Virus record (IMG/VR): IMGVR_UViG_3300030419_000057
Coordinates: 1-60,885 of that record
Direction: 5' to 3' (one strand)
DNA: 60,885 bases
DNA from: a virus
Taxonomy: Duplodnaviria > Caudoviricetes
Every line of letters begins with the position of its first letter. The first letter of the stretch is position 1. A program made the position numbers and the translations under genes. The notes under the pieces were generated by a model. It ran no database searches, had not been told where the DNA came from, and saw only the letters and a list, made by a program, of their open reading frames with translations. This document shows, piece by piece, positions 35,251 to 45,321 of the stretch.

Positions 35251-35442
35251 AAATCATAGACTTTGCCTCGCTATGCATAGACGGGGGGGCGCAAAAACGC
35301 CTAGGCACATATATATATAAACAGGGGGTGACATATATAGACCAAATAATGAGGGGTTCATCGTATTAACTTTTAAATCCGTAATAACAAGATATAAAAA
35401 TAGGGATAATAGATATACTATTACCCCCCTGACTACATAGAC

Positions 35443-35471
35443 AGTATAGCACATATTTTTCTACTTGGCAA
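35443..35471 (-). promoter_or_regulatory. Leftward sigma70-type promoter (early arm)
   Basis: TTGCCA-17 nt-TATACT with extended TG. Confidence 0.65.
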
Positions 35472-35493
35472 CTATTAAAAAGTATGTTATTAT
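35465..35493 (+). promoter_or_regulatory. Rightward sigma70-type promoter (terL/structural arm)
   Basis: TTGGCA-17 nt-TATTAT with extended TG. Confidence 0.65.
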
Positions 35494-35521
35494 AGTATAG
35501 TGAAATTAATAGGAGACACAT

Positions 35522-35809
35522 ATGGAAAATGATCCTTTAAGAGATATGGAGATACAACTAGACTTAGAAGAAGGAGAACTTCAGAACTTTATTCAACTAG
35601 ATTCTATCTCTTGTTGTAAAGTACTATCTTATATTATGAAAGATATTACTACAGGACTTGCTGTGTCTCCTGCTGCTTTAAAGCCTAATCGTAGGGGAGA
35701 AGCTATTAGAGATTATGTAACCCGTATGGTAGGGATTATAAGTGAACTTAGAGAATTATTTATAGAGGACCATGAACAGAATGAATTTAGAAGAGAACAT
35801 TTCAATTAA
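35522..35809 (+). CDS. Hypothetical protein upstream of terL
   Basis: AGGAG SD; ORF track. Confidence 0.65.
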   Translation: MENDPLRDMEIQLDLEEGELQNFIQLDSISCCKVLSYIMKDITTGLAVSPAALKPNRRGEAIRDYVTRMVGIISELRELFIEDHEQNEFRREHFN

Positions 35810-37337
35810 CTATGAGCAGATAGAAAGTTTATTATCTTTAAGAAACTCTTTAGATACGTATAAACATTCTAAGGCTCATACAAATTTCTTATCATTTGTA
35901 AAGATGATAGCTCCTACTCTTGTATCAGATTGGGAAATGGGTAGGCATATAAATGTTATATCAGATAAGCTACAGGAGATACAGGATGGTACACTAAAGA
36001 GATTGATGGTCTTCCTACCACCACGGAGTTCCAAGTCTGTTATCTGTTCCAAGTTATTCCCTGCATGGTATATAGGACAAAACCCTAACCATGAGATACT
36101 GACTGTCTCCCATAGTGATCAGTTGTCTTCAGACTTTGGTAGGTCAGTTAGGGATATAGTAAATAGTGAAGACTTTCAAAGAATATTTGGTGGAGTACAA
36201 TTAAGACAGGATGTACGGGCTGCTGGTAAGTGGCAGACTAATCAGAAGGGATCATACTACGCTGCTGGTGTACGGTCACAGATTGCTGGTCGTGGTGCTC
36301 ACATAGCCATACTAGATGATGTTATGTCTGAAGAGGATTCCTTTAGTGCAGCAGGTAGACGTTATGTTAAGGAATGGTGGCCTTCTGGTCTACGTACTCG
36401 TATCATGCCTAACGGTGCTATTGTTATTATTAATACCAGATATCACCATGATGACCTGTGTGGTTGGTTACTAAAACAGGAACAGGAGATGCATGACTAC
36501 GGTACAATACCGTGGGAGGTAATCAAGATACCTGCATGGGTAGACGAGGATACATCAGAACTCTTAGACCTACCTATAGGATCGTCCTACTTTCCTGAAT
36601 GGAAACCTAATGAACTTCTTAAGATAGATGAAGAAGAGATCAAGGCTACCAATGGAACAAAGTACTGGGAGTCACTGTATATGCAGAACCCCACACCAGA
36701 AGAGGGTGGTCTTATTAAAAAGAAGTGGATTGAGTGGTGGCCTTATGATGAACCTCCAGGCTGTGACTTTATTATTCAAACATATGATACAGCCTTTTCA
36801 ACCAAGACTACGGCTGACTATAGTGTAATCCAGACTTGGGGTATATTCTACGCACCTGAACAAACCCATGACGGTATGGAGAGTGCAGAGGCACAGCTTA
36901 TACTCTTGGGTAATCTACGTGGGAGATATGAATATCCTGAACTAAGACGTATGGCTCAGATGTCTTACGATGAACATAAACCTGATGTTTGTATTGTAGA
37001 AAAGAAAGCCAGTGGTCAGTCATTAATACAGGATATGAGAAGGAGTGGTCTACCTGTATTGGAGTATATGCCTGACAGGGATAAAGTATCCAGAGTATAC
37101 GCTGCTACTCCTTCAATGGAAGCTGGTCGTGTATGGTTTCCTAAAGGAAGAAAGTGGGCAGAAGAACTTGTAGATGAACTAATTACCTTTCCTAATGGAG
37201 CACATGATGACCAAGTAGATGCTATGACAATGGCTATTCACTACATGAAAGAGTCATGGAACTTACTCCATCCAGATGATCCTGATTGGGAAGATGCTCC
37301 ACCTACGAAAAAAAGAGTTGCGTACTGGAACTTTTAA
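35772..37337 (+). CDS. terL: Terminase large subunit
   Basis: LPPRSSKS Walker A, AILDD Walker B, TRYHHDDL, LYMQNP, YDTA, VEKKASG, HDDQVDA. Confidence 0.95.
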   Translation: MNRMNLEENISINYEQIESLLSLRNSLDTYKHSKAHTNFLSFVKMIAPTLVSDWEMGRHINVISDKLQEIQDGTLKRLMVFLPPRSSKSVICSKLFPAWYIGQNPNHEILTVSHSDQLSSDFGRSVRDIVNSEDFQRIFGGVQLRQDVRAAGKWQTNQKGSYYAAGVRSQIAGRGAHIAILDDVMSEEDSFSAAGRRYVKEWWPSGLRTRIMPNGAIVIINTRYHHDDLCGWLLKQEQEMHDYGTIPWEVIKIPAWVDEDTSELLDLPIGSSYFPEWKPNELLKIDEEEIKATNGTKYWESLYMQNPTPEEGGLIKKKWIEWWPYDEPPGCDFIIQTYDTAFSTKTTADYSVIQTWGIFYAPEQTHDGMESAEAQLILLGNLRGRYEYPELRRMAQMSYDEHKPDVCIVEKKASGQSLIQDMRRSGLPVLEYMPDRDKVSRVYAATPSMEAGRVWFPKGRKWAEELVDELITFPNGAHDDQVDAMTMAIHYMKESWNLLHPDDPDWEDAPPTKKRVAYWNF

Positions 37338-37346
37338 GTGTATAAT
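37318..37346 (+). promoter_or_regulatory. Promoter upstream of portal
   Basis: TTGCGT-17 nt-TATAAT. Confidence 0.7.
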
Positions 37347-37372
37347 ATATAGTGTAGAGTGGAGGAAATTAT

Positions 37373-39907
37373 ATGGCAATAGAAAAGAATCCTTATGATC
37401 TAAATAAATCTAATGTTGTTCCTATGAATATGGAAGCAACAGAAGAAAGTAGTGCATCTATTGAGGTAGATGACGATGGGGGAATTATTGTAGATTTTGG
37501 ATCAGAAGAAATATTATCAGAAGAAGATGCTGTAGGACTAGGAGAATGGTATGACGATCTATCTGAAGAGATAGATGAAGATGAACTAGACCATATCGCA
37601 AATCAAGTTTATAATAACTATCAAAGTGACAAGGACTCTCGTGGTGAGTGGGAGGATATGTTTGAACGTGGCTTTGATCTTCTTGGTTTAAAACTTCAGG
37701 ATGCAACAGAACCATTTGAGGGAGCCTGTACTGCTGTCCACCCTCTACTTATTGAGTCTGCCGTAAAGTTTCAGTCAAAAGCCTCTCAGGAATTATTCCC
37801 TGCTGGAGGACCAGTCAAGACACAGATTATAGGAAAGCAAACTCCTGAAAAGGAGATGCAAGCTAATCGTGTCAAGGACTTTATGAATTATCAATTAACA
37901 GAGCAGATGTCTGAATACTTTGATGAGTTTGAACGGATGTTGTTCCATCTGCCACTGATAGGATCAGCTTTCAAAAAGATATACTATGATGCAAATCTTA
38001 AACGTCCTGTTTCAGAGTTTGTACCTATTGATCAATTTTATGTGTCTTATTTTGCTAGTGATCTTCGTAGGGCTGATAGGTATACTCATGTCATCTACCG
38101 TAGTCCTAATGATCTTAAAAGGGATATCTCTGCTGGAATATATTCTGAAGTAGAATTACCTCAAGCAGGTACTCCTGAACAAAGTGCTATGGAAGAGAAG
38201 ATGAATACTATTTTAGGATTCTCTCCATCTAGTGATAATGATCCCCAATATGTATTATTAGAACAACATTGTTATCTTGATCTACCTGCACCATTTAATG
38301 ACCCTGATGGTGTAGCATTACCTTATATAGTAACGATAGAAGAAAAGTCTAAAAGGGTTTTAAGTATTCGTAGAAACTTCAACCAAGACGATCCCAATAG
38401 AGAAAAGAAAATACACTTTACACATTATAGATTCGTACCAGGGTTCGGTTTCTACGGGTTTGGCCTAATGCATTTCTTAGGTAATCTCACTATGACTGCT
38501 ACGGCAGCTATGAGAGCTTTAGTAGATGCAGGTCAATTTGCGAACTTACCAGGAGGTTTTAAAGCAAAGGGTGTACGGGTAGTTGGTGACAACGATCCTA
38601 TTGCTCCTGGTGAATTTAAGGAAGTTGAGTCAACTGGTATTGATCTCTCAAAGGCTATTGTTCCCTTGCCATACAAGGAGCCTTCCTCAACTCTCTACCA
38701 GATGCTTACGTTTGTATCCGCAGCAGGACAGAAGTTTGCTGATAGTTCGGAACAAGTTATTTCCGATAATGCTTCTTATGGTCCTGTTGGAACGACAATG
38801 GCTTTACTAGAAGCATCAAGCAAGTTCTTTAGTGCAGTCCACAAGAGACTCCACAAATCTCAGAAAGATGAATTTAGACTGTTAGCTACGATTGATTATG
38901 AGTATCTACCTTCTAAGTATCCGTATGAGATTCCTAATGCTAATCAGCACGTATTTAGGAAAGACTTTGATGGTCGGGTAGATGTCCTACCTGTTAGTGA
39001 TCCAAACATTCCTTCAAATGCACACAGGATGATGATGGCTCAGATGGCATTACAACTATCTCAGAACTCGCCTCCTGGTATGTTCAACTTAGAAGCACTT
39101 AACAGAACAATTCTTAATTCTGCTAATATGCCTAATATTGAGGAGATACTCCCACCAAAACAACAAGCTAAACCTCTTGATCCTGTATCGGATATTATGG
39201 CTGCAACAAAAGGATTACCTATTGCAGCATTCCCAGGACAGGATCACGATGCTCATATACAGGTAAAGATGGCTTATCTTCAAGACCCTGCTAATGGAGC
39301 TAATCCTATTATGCAACGTATAGCTCCTGTAATACAGGCTAATATACAGGAACATTCTGTAATGAAGTATCAAGAACAGATGAGTGGTATGACACAACAG
39401 TTAGCCCAAGGATCACAAGACCCTGCTGTTATTGAACAAGCTATGGCTCAAGCTGCTCAACAGGTTATGCAAGCTAATCAAATGGCTGCACAAGGAATGG
39501 GGCAATCTATTGAACAACAAACTATTCAACTACAAAAAGATCAGCTTATGTTGGATAAAGAGAAACTTGATTTAGAAGCTCTAAAGGATACGGCTGAAAT
39601 GCAGTTAAAGAATAGAGAACTAAATCTTAAAGAAGATACTCTAAAGGTACAGACAATTAAAGAAGGTTCTAATGCTTTAATGAAAGCAGAAGAAAAAGAC
39701 AAAGATCGTATTGCTAAAGAAACTGAGAATGCTATTAAAACTTTAATGAATGTTGCCAAGGTAACAGTAGAAGATGATACTAAAAAGAAGTTAAAGTTAG
39801 CAGATATTAAAGCTGACTTTGCTAAAGAAGAGGAGCGTACTGCTCGTGATATAGAATTAGAAAATATTAAAACCCATAGAGATGAAAGACTAGGAGGAGA
39901 GGAGTAA
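37373..39907 (+). CDS. Portal protein
   Basis: Follows terL; HPLLIESAVKFQ, GSAFKKIYYD, PGFGFYGFG, Gln-rich C-terminal coiled coil (P22-like barrel). Confidence 0.88.
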   Translation: MAIEKNPYDLNKSNVVPMNMEATEESSASIEVDDDGGIIVDFGSEEILSEEDAVGLGEWYDDLSEEIDEDELDHIANQVYNNYQSDKDSRGEWEDMFERGFDLLGLKLQDATEPFEGACTAVHPLLIESAVKFQSKASQELFPAGGPVKTQIIGKQTPEKEMQANRVKDFMNYQLTEQMSEYFDEFERMLFHLPLIGSAFKKIYYDANLKRPVSEFVPIDQFYVSYFASDLRRADRYTHVIYRSPNDLKRDISAGIYSEVELPQAGTPEQSAMEEKMNTILGFSPSSDNDPQYVLLEQHCYLDLPAPFNDPDGVALPYIVTIEEKSKRVLSIRRNFNQDDPNREKKIHFTHYRFVPGFGFYGFGLMHFLGNLTMTATAAMRALVDAGQFANLPGGFKAKGVRVVGDNDPIAPGEFKEVESTGIDLSKAIVPLPYKEPSSTLYQMLTFVSAAGQKFADSSEQVISDNASYGPVGTTMALLEASSKFFSAVHKRLHKSQKDEFRLLATIDYEYLPSKYPYEIPNANQHVFRKDFDGRVDVLPVSDPNIPSNAHRMMMAQMALQLSQNSPPGMFNLEALNRTILNSANMPNIEEILPPKQQAKPLDPVSDIMAATKGLPIAAFPGQDHDAHIQVKMAYLQDPANGANPIMQRIAPVIQANIQEHSVMKYQEQMSGMTQQLAQGSQDPAVIEQAMAQAAQQVMQANQMAAQGMGQSIEQQTIQLQKDQLMLDKEKLDLEALKDTAEMQLKNRELNLKEDTLKVQTIKEGSNALMKAEEKDKDRIAKETENAIKTLMNVAKVTVEDDTKKKLKLADIKADFAKEEERTARDIELENIKTHRDERLGGEE

Positions 39908-39910
39908 ACA

Positions 39911-40108
39911 ATGAGTAAATATATGAACCAAGGAAGTATTGGTAATAATGATTCCAATCGCTCAGTAGGTGATTGGGATGATGTTGATTATTCTAGCTGG
40001 AGTGTAAGAGCTAAGAAAGGTATTACGGAAGACTTTCCACCTGATACTTATAAAGTTCCTAACCCCAAACGGAGTACTCGTGAAACTAAAGGCCCAAGTT
40101 TATCATAG
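39911..40108 (+). CDS. Hypothetical protein
   Basis: GAGGAG SD. Confidence 0.55.
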   Translation: MSKYMNQGSIGNNDSNRSVGDWDDVDYSSWSVRAKKGITEDFPPDTYKVPNPKRSTRETKGPSLS

Positions 40109-40117
40109 GAGAATTTT

Positions 40118-40240
40118 ATGAAAGAATGGATAAACGATAAATTTCAAAAAATTTCTTGTAAGTGTGGGCTATCCTGTAAGGGGATGTGGATAGGTATAGC
40201 TTTATTTTTAATTATTGTAATAATGGTATCAGCATCCTAA
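40118..40240 (+). CDS. 40-aa membrane peptide (not in ORF track)
   Basis: AGGAG SD; MKEWINDKFQKISCKCGLSCKGMWIGIAFILIIVIMVSAS*. Confidence 0.5.
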   Translation: MKEWINDKFQKISCKCGLSCKGMWIGIALFLIIVIMVSAS

Positions 40241-40437
40241 TGGAATTGTGGGATGATATTATTCAATCTTATAATAAAGAAATAGAGAATTTAAAAAATT
40301 CTCTTGCATCTGGAAGTATGGAAGACTATGCACATTATAGACAACTTGTAGGTTCTATTAATGGTATAGAATGGTCACGGCAACAATTAACTGAAATTAT
40401 TAAACGTAGACAACATCTAGATGAAGAGGACTTTTAA
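40240..40437 (+). CDS. Small head-module protein (start MELWDD)
   Basis: LASGSMEDYAHYRQLVGSINGI; between portal and groES. Confidence 0.65.
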   Translation: MELWDDIIQSYNKEIENLKNSLASGSMEDYAHYRQLVGSINGIEWSRQQLTEIIKRRQHLDEEDF

Positions 40438-40857
40438 ATGAGACACGTTGAATTATCTGGTGCTATCAAAAACGATGAGTGGATTGATGCAGTAGATACT
40501 GAAGTAACTTTGGATGAACTTCCAGAAATTCCTGGGTATCATGTATTGGTGCGTCCCTTTTCAGTAAAGGAAAAAACTAAGAGTGGTATATTTATTCCAG
40601 ATTCCATTAAAGATGATATTGCCTATCTTACAACAGTAGGACAGGTTATTGTAGTAGGAGACTTAGCTTATGAAGATGTAAATAAGTTTCCTAAAGGACC
40701 GTGGTGTGCAGAAGGTGATTTTGTATGTTATGGTAAACATACAGGTACTAAACTTTTTTATCAGGGACAACGATTTATATTATTGTTTGATGACCAAGTT
40801 ATTATGAAGGTAAGTTCTCCTACTCATTTGGACCCTACCTTTAATTTAAGTCATTAA
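40438..40857 (+). CDS. groES: GroES-like co-chaperonin
   Basis: PGYHVLVRP, EKTKSGIFIPD, VGQVIVVG, GDFVCYGKHTG, LLFDDQVI. Confidence 0.82.
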   Translation: MRHVELSGAIKNDEWIDAVDTEVTLDELPEIPGYHVLVRPFSVKEKTKSGIFIPDSIKDDIAYLTTVGQVIVVGDLAYEDVNKFPKGPWCAEGDFVCYGKHTGTKLFYQGQRFILLFDDQVIMKVSSPTHLDPTFNLSH

Positions 40858-40863
40858 AAAAAG

Positions 40864-40893
40864 TTGCGTACCCTGTATATAATAGTGTATAAT
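40864..40893 (+). promoter_or_regulatory. Promoter upstream of scaffold/capsid genes
   Basis: TTGCGT-18 nt-TATAAT; shares TTGCGTAC...AGTGTATAAT with the portal promoter. Confidence 0.7.
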
Positions 40894-40942
40894 ATTATTA
40901 TTGGACGTAAATACGTTTGACTCGTCAACAACGGAGATTATT

Positions 40943-41938
40943 ATGGCAGAAGAAAAAGAAATTGAAGTACAAGAACAGGATGATGGTGGATGGAATAAAA
41001 TTACTGTTCCTTCTGAATCAGAGATGGAAGTTGAAGTAGTAGATGAAAAAGTTGAAGCAGTACAAGAAAAAGACAAACCTGACCCTGCTCCTACTACAAC
41101 TAAACCTGATGAACCTGAGTTAGAAGGAATAGAAACTCAAGGGGCAGAAAAAAGAATACGAAAATTAATTCGTCAACGTAAAGAACGTGATGAAGAAATT
41201 AGTAAGTTGATAGATCAAAATAATCAACTTAAATCTAAATTAAGTGTTAAAGAAACAGAAGTTGCTACAAATGTTAAACAGAATATTGAATTAAGTTCAA
41301 AACAGGTTGATGATAAAATTGAATTAGCTAGGGCTGCATATCTTAATGCATTTGATGGTGGAGATAAAGAACAGCTTCTTTCAGCACAAGAAATTTTAAA
41401 TCAAGCCCAATTTGAAAAACAAAGAATTGAAGATGCTAAGACTGCTCTAGATCAATATGAAACAACACAACAGAACCAACAGACGGTTCAACAACAACAA
41501 GAGGAATATACACCTGATCCTAAAGCAATGAGATGGGCATCTGAAAATGACTGGTTTGGTCAGGATCAGATTATGACTTACGGAGCTTTAGAGATTGATA
41601 AACAATTAAAAGCAGAAGGTTATGATCCTTCTGATGACGAGTTCTATGTAGAAGTGAATAAGAGACTAAAGGATACTTTTCCTAATAAGTTTAAGGGAGA
41701 ATCTGAAGTACAAAATTCACAACCCCGTAAGCAGGAAACGTCACCTGCTCAAGTGGTCGCTGGTACGTCACGCTCACCCAGTACTTCCAGTAACCGTAAG
41801 GTTAAGTTAAGTCCAGAGGATATTAGACTGGCTAATAAATGGAAGATACCACTTGAAGTATATGCAGCAGAGAAGCTCAAAGTTGATAAGGCTGAAGGCG
41901 AATATACTAATGTTGCAACTGAGAAGCGTGGAGGATAA
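40943..41938 (+). CDS. Capsid scaffolding protein (start MAEEKE)
   Basis: Acidic N-terminus, KRIRKL coiled coil, WASENDWFG, C-terminal KVKLS...YAAEK; upstream of capsid genes. Confidence 0.72.
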   Translation: MAEEKEIEVQEQDDGGWNKITVPSESEMEVEVVDEKVEAVQEKDKPDPAPTTTKPDEPELEGIETQGAEKRIRKLIRQRKERDEEISKLIDQNNQLKSKLSVKETEVATNVKQNIELSSKQVDDKIELARAAYLNAFDGGDKEQLLSAQEILNQAQFEKQRIEDAKTALDQYETTQQNQQTVQQQQEEYTPDPKAMRWASENDWFGQDQIMTYGALEIDKQLKAEGYDPSDDEFYVEVNKRLKDTFPNKFKGESEVQNSQPRKQETSPAQVVAGTSRSPSTSSNRKVKLSPEDIRLANKWKIPLEVYAAEKLKVDKAEGEYTNVATEKRGG

Positions 41939-41943
41939 TAATC

Positions 41944-42432
41944 ATGGCACGTACACAATCACGTAGTTTACAAGAACGGGAAAATCAAACTAGAGAAGAA
42001 GTCTATACCTTTGAAGAAGAAGATGCCCTAGCAATACCAGAAGATGTAAAAGCTAGATTTCTAAATCAGGGTATGGTTCTTCGTTGGATACGAATCCAAA
42101 TCAGAGGTGCAGATGACTATCAAAATGTTGGAAAGCGTCAACGAGATGGATGGGTGTTCGTAACACCAGATGAAGTACCAGAATTGTCAACAAGCTCCAT
42201 CGTGAGGGAGGGAGGTCGCTATGCAGGTACAGTTGTAAGGGGTGATGTAGCCCTAGCAAAAATGCCTGAAGGTCGTGCAATAGCGAGAAATGAGCATTAC
42301 CAGAAGAAAGCTCACGATTTAATGAACGCTGTAAATAGCCAATTAATGAGTAACAATGATTCTCGTATGCCCATTTATAATAATAGTAAGTCAACCGTGT
42401 CTAGAGGAAAGAGTCCTAAATTTCAGGACTAA
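41944..42432 (+). CDS. Head-module hypothetical protein
   Basis: LRWIR...NVGKRQRDGWVFV...ALAKMP; between scaffold and capsid. Confidence 0.65.
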   Translation: MARTQSRSLQERENQTREEVYTFEEEDALAIPEDVKARFLNQGMVLRWIRIQIRGADDYQNVGKRQRDGWVFVTPDEVPELSTSSIVREGGRYAGTVVRGDVALAKMPEGRAIARNEHYQKKAHDLMNAVNSQLMSNNDSRMPIYNNSKSTVSRGKSPKFQD

Positions 42433-42466
42433 CAATCTAGAATGATTATGGAAGGAGAAAACTAAA

Positions 42467-43060
42467 ATGGATACTAAAGTTTCCGTATTAGGTGGCTTCC
42501 GTCCTGCACGTAATTATGGCTCTACGTCTAACAGTACTGGTCAAAAGATAATGCCTATTGCTTCAGGGGATGCCCGTAGCATTTTTAAGGGTGATCTTGT
42601 AAAAGTCAGCCTTGGCAATATTGAACCAGTTAGTGCTGCTGCTGATTATGCAGTAGGTGTATTCCAGGGTGTATACTATGAGAGTGATGGTGTACCAACT
42701 TGGAAACAGTACTGGCCAGCTAATACATCAGCTACGAATATCCAAGCTAATGTTATTGCTGATCCTGATATGACGTACAACATTATGGCTGATGCCTCGT
42801 GTAGTTCTGGAGATATCTACTTAAACTTTGAACTGACTCTTGGTGCTGGTAATACCGCTACAGGTATTTCAGGCTTTGGGTTGAAAGCATCAACAAGGAC
42901 TGCTGCTACGGCTCCCGTTAAGGCTGTAGGAGTACAAGACATCCCTGGTAATGACATTGATGTAGCTACGGAACGTGCGTTCCCTATTATGGCAGTTAAG
43001 ATACTCCGTAATGAAGTAGCTATGTATGATGTAGCATCCAGTGTTGTTGGTCCAATTTAA
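42467..43060 (+). CDS. Capsid decoration / cement protein
   Basis: IFKGDLVK, GVFQGV.Y, ADPD; directly before MCP. Confidence 0.65.
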   Translation: MDTKVSVLGGFRPARNYGSTSNSTGQKIMPIASGDARSIFKGDLVKVSLGNIEPVSAAADYAVGVFQGVYYESDGVPTWKQYWPANTSATNIQANVIADPDMTYNIMADASCSSGDIYLNFELTLGAGNTATGISGFGLKASTRTAATAPVKAVGVQDIPGNDIDVATERAFPIMAVKILRNEVAMYDVASSVVGPI

Positions 43061-43076
43061 TAGGGGAGGATAGAAA

Positions 43077-44009
43077 ATGGCTATTTCAAGAGCTAGTATC
43101 GCCAAAGAACTTCTCCCTGGTCTTAATGCCGTATTCGGTCTTGAGTACGGGGAAGTCAACAACGAACATGAGGCACTCTTTGAGGTCGAAAATTCTGATC
43201 GTGCTTTTGAAGAGGAAGTAATGTTCACTGGCTTTGGAACTGCACCTGTAAAAGGGGAAGGCTCCGCAGTCAGTTATGATACCGCACAAGAAACCTACGT
43301 TTCTCGTTATACCAATGAAACGGTGGCTCTTGCATTCGCAGTCACGGAAGAAGCTATGGAAGATAATCTCTATGATACGTTTTCCAAACTTCGTGCTCGT
43401 GGTCTTGCTCGTGCAATGGCAAACACCAAGCAAGTAAAAGCTGCTGACGTTTTCAATAACGGATTTGACACGGCTCCTGCTTATATTGGTGGCGATGGTG
43501 TAGCTTTCTTCAGTGCTTCGCATCCAGTAATTGATGGTACACAATCTAATCTAGCTGCTGCTTCGGACCTTTCGGAAGCTGCACTAGAAACCATTATTAC
43601 GAGTATCCAGAAGATCAAAGATGATCGTGGTATTCTTATTGGTGCTAATGCTGTATCGTTGCATATCCCACCTGATCTGTGGTCAACTGCTGATCAGATT
43701 CTCCACTCGCCAGGAACTACGATTGCTGGTGGAACTGGTGATGGAACATATGCCCAGAATAACATTAATGCTATTCGTCACATGGGGATGATTCCAGAAG
43801 GGTTCATGGTGAATCGTAGGTTTACGGATACCAACGGATACTTCATTAAGACTGATGTACCTAATGGTGCTAAAATGTTTGTACGTGTTCCACTACAAAC
43901 TAAGATGGAGCCTGACTTTGATACAGGTAATCTTCGCTTTAAGGCTCGTGAGCGTTATAGCTTCGGGTTTTCTGACTGGCGTAGTTACTTTGGATCACGA
44001 GGTTCGTAA
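43077..44009 (+). CDS. Major capsid protein
   Basis: MAISRASIAKELLPGLNAVFGLEY, FAVTEEAMEDNLY, DFDTGNLRFKARERYSFGFSDWR. Confidence 0.9.
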   Translation: MAISRASIAKELLPGLNAVFGLEYGEVNNEHEALFEVENSDRAFEEEVMFTGFGTAPVKGEGSAVSYDTAQETYVSRYTNETVALAFAVTEEAMEDNLYDTFSKLRARGLARAMANTKQVKAADVFNNGFDTAPAYIGGDGVAFFSASHPVIDGTQSNLAAASDLSEAALETIITSIQKIKDDRGILIGANAVSLHIPPDLWSTADQILHSPGTTIAGGTGDGTYAQNNINAIRHMGMIPEGFMVNRRFTDTNGYFIKTDVPNGAKMFVRVPLQTKMEPDFDTGNLRFKARERYSFGFSDWRSYFGSRGS

Positions 44010-44020
44010 GTTTGTTTAGG

Positions 44021-44057
44021 AGAGGAGGGGGTTTCTTAACCCTCTCCACTCTATTTT
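44021..44057 (+). terminator. Terminator-like hairpin after MCP
   Basis: GGAGGGGGUU-UCUU-AACCCUCUCC followed by ACUCUAUUUU. Confidence 0.6.
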
Positions 44058-44072
44058 GATGAAGGGAACAAC

Positions 44073-44423
44073 ATGGCTACAAATATTAAAACAGCAACAG
44101 TTACAGGAAGTGGACAACTCTTAGATTATTCCAGAGGAAGTGGTACAGGTTCAACAAGTATTGGTAATGTATCAGCAGGATCAGCAGGAATGGGAGATAC
44201 GATTGCAGTAGGTACTCGTATATTAGGTATTACGGCTGCTGTTACAGGAACGTGTAATATTACTGACACATGGACTTCTGTAAATACTACTAAAACTCGT
44301 ATTCGTATTCGTTTTGCTGGTAATCACGATGCTTACTTTGGAGAACAGGGTGTAAAATTCTTAGGTAAAATGATGGTGTCTGCTCCTACATCTGGTTCTA
44401 CTGTTATGATTTATTATGGTTAA
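44073..44423 (+). CDS. Small virion protein
   Basis: G/T/S-rich, follows MCP. Confidence 0.55.
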   Translation: MATNIKTATVTGSGQLLDYSRGSGTGSTSIGNVSAGSAGMGDTIAVGTRILGITAAVTGTCNITDTWTSVNTTKTRIRIRFAGNHDAYFGEQGVKFLGKMMVSAPTSGSTVMIYYG

Positions 44424-44425
44424 TT

Positions 44426-45085
44426 ATGCCTGATTATGATTATTTGATTACAGATGTAAAAAATACGACAGAGAATGATGGTACAGAATTTACAGCACAC
44501 CTACCAAAGATTGTTAATAAAGCAGAAAATAAACTAACTACTGACTTAGACGATCATGGCTTAACCGTATATACATCTATAGCAATCCCGTCAGGACAGG
44601 CTATTGTTACAGTTCCTAGTGGTACTCGTATCGTTAGGAATTTCTCCATGACTCAAGATGGGTCAAGGAAGAATATGTTATTGCGTACAATGGAGTTTGT
44701 AAATGATTTCTGGCCTGTGAGTGCCAGTACCAGTGCTCCAATCTATTATGCTTATAGAGGTAATACTGAGATAAGAATTGCTCCCACTCCAGCATCTACA
44801 CATAACGGTGAGATTATGACAGTGGTTAGACCAACTACTCTTACCTCTACAGGTACAACTTCAAATTACTTTACAGATTTTTGTTATGATGCTTTGTTCT
44901 CTGCCTGTATGGTAGAAGCATCTTTATTTATGAAGGACTCTACAGCTACTCAATTATGGGAAACTCAATATCAGTATCATATTAATGCTTTACGTAATCA
45001 GGCACGTAGGACTAGACAGGATGATATGGCTGTTAATGCTAGTCCTGCTGGTGGTCCTGATACTCTTATAAAAGGTTCAAGCTAA
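44426..45085 (+). CDS. Head-tail adaptor-like protein
   Basis: IVNKAENKL, IAPTP, DALFSACMVEA..FMK; position. Confidence 0.6.
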   Translation: MPDYDYLITDVKNTTENDGTEFTAHLPKIVNKAENKLTTDLDDHGLTVYTSIAIPSGQAIVTVPSGTRIVRNFSMTQDGSRKNMLLRTMEFVNDFWPVSASTSAPIYYAYRGNTEIRIAPTPASTHNGEIMTVVRPTTLTSTGTTSNYFTDFCYDALFSACMVEASLFMKDSTATQLWETQYQYHINALRNQARRTRQDDMAVNASPAGGPDTLIKGSS

Positions 45086-45321
45086 TGGCAATTAGTAGAG
45101 CTAATATAGGGAAGGAAATTAAAATGGCAGGAAAGAAAAAGAAACTTGATATTAAGAAAGTGATTAAAAAACCTGGAGCTTTACGTGCAACATTAAAAAT
45201 TAAAAAAGGTAAAAAGATTCCTGCTTCTAAATTAAATGCTGCTGCTAAGAAAAAAGGTGTTACGGGAGACAGAGCAAGATTTGCTAAACTACTTAAAAAA
45301 TTAAATCAGAGGAGAGCATAA
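45085..45321 (+). CDS. Small basic protein
   Basis: IKKPGALRATL..KKGKKIPASKL...RARFA. Confidence 0.65.
   Translation: MAISRANIGKEIKMAGKKKKLDIKKVIKKPGALRATLKIKKGKKIPASKLNAAAKKKGVTGDRARFAKLLKKLNQRRA

Noticed and set aside
35254-35454. 66-aa minus-strand ORF
   Set aside because: Starts inside the predicted promoter, has no SD and crosses low-complexity tracts
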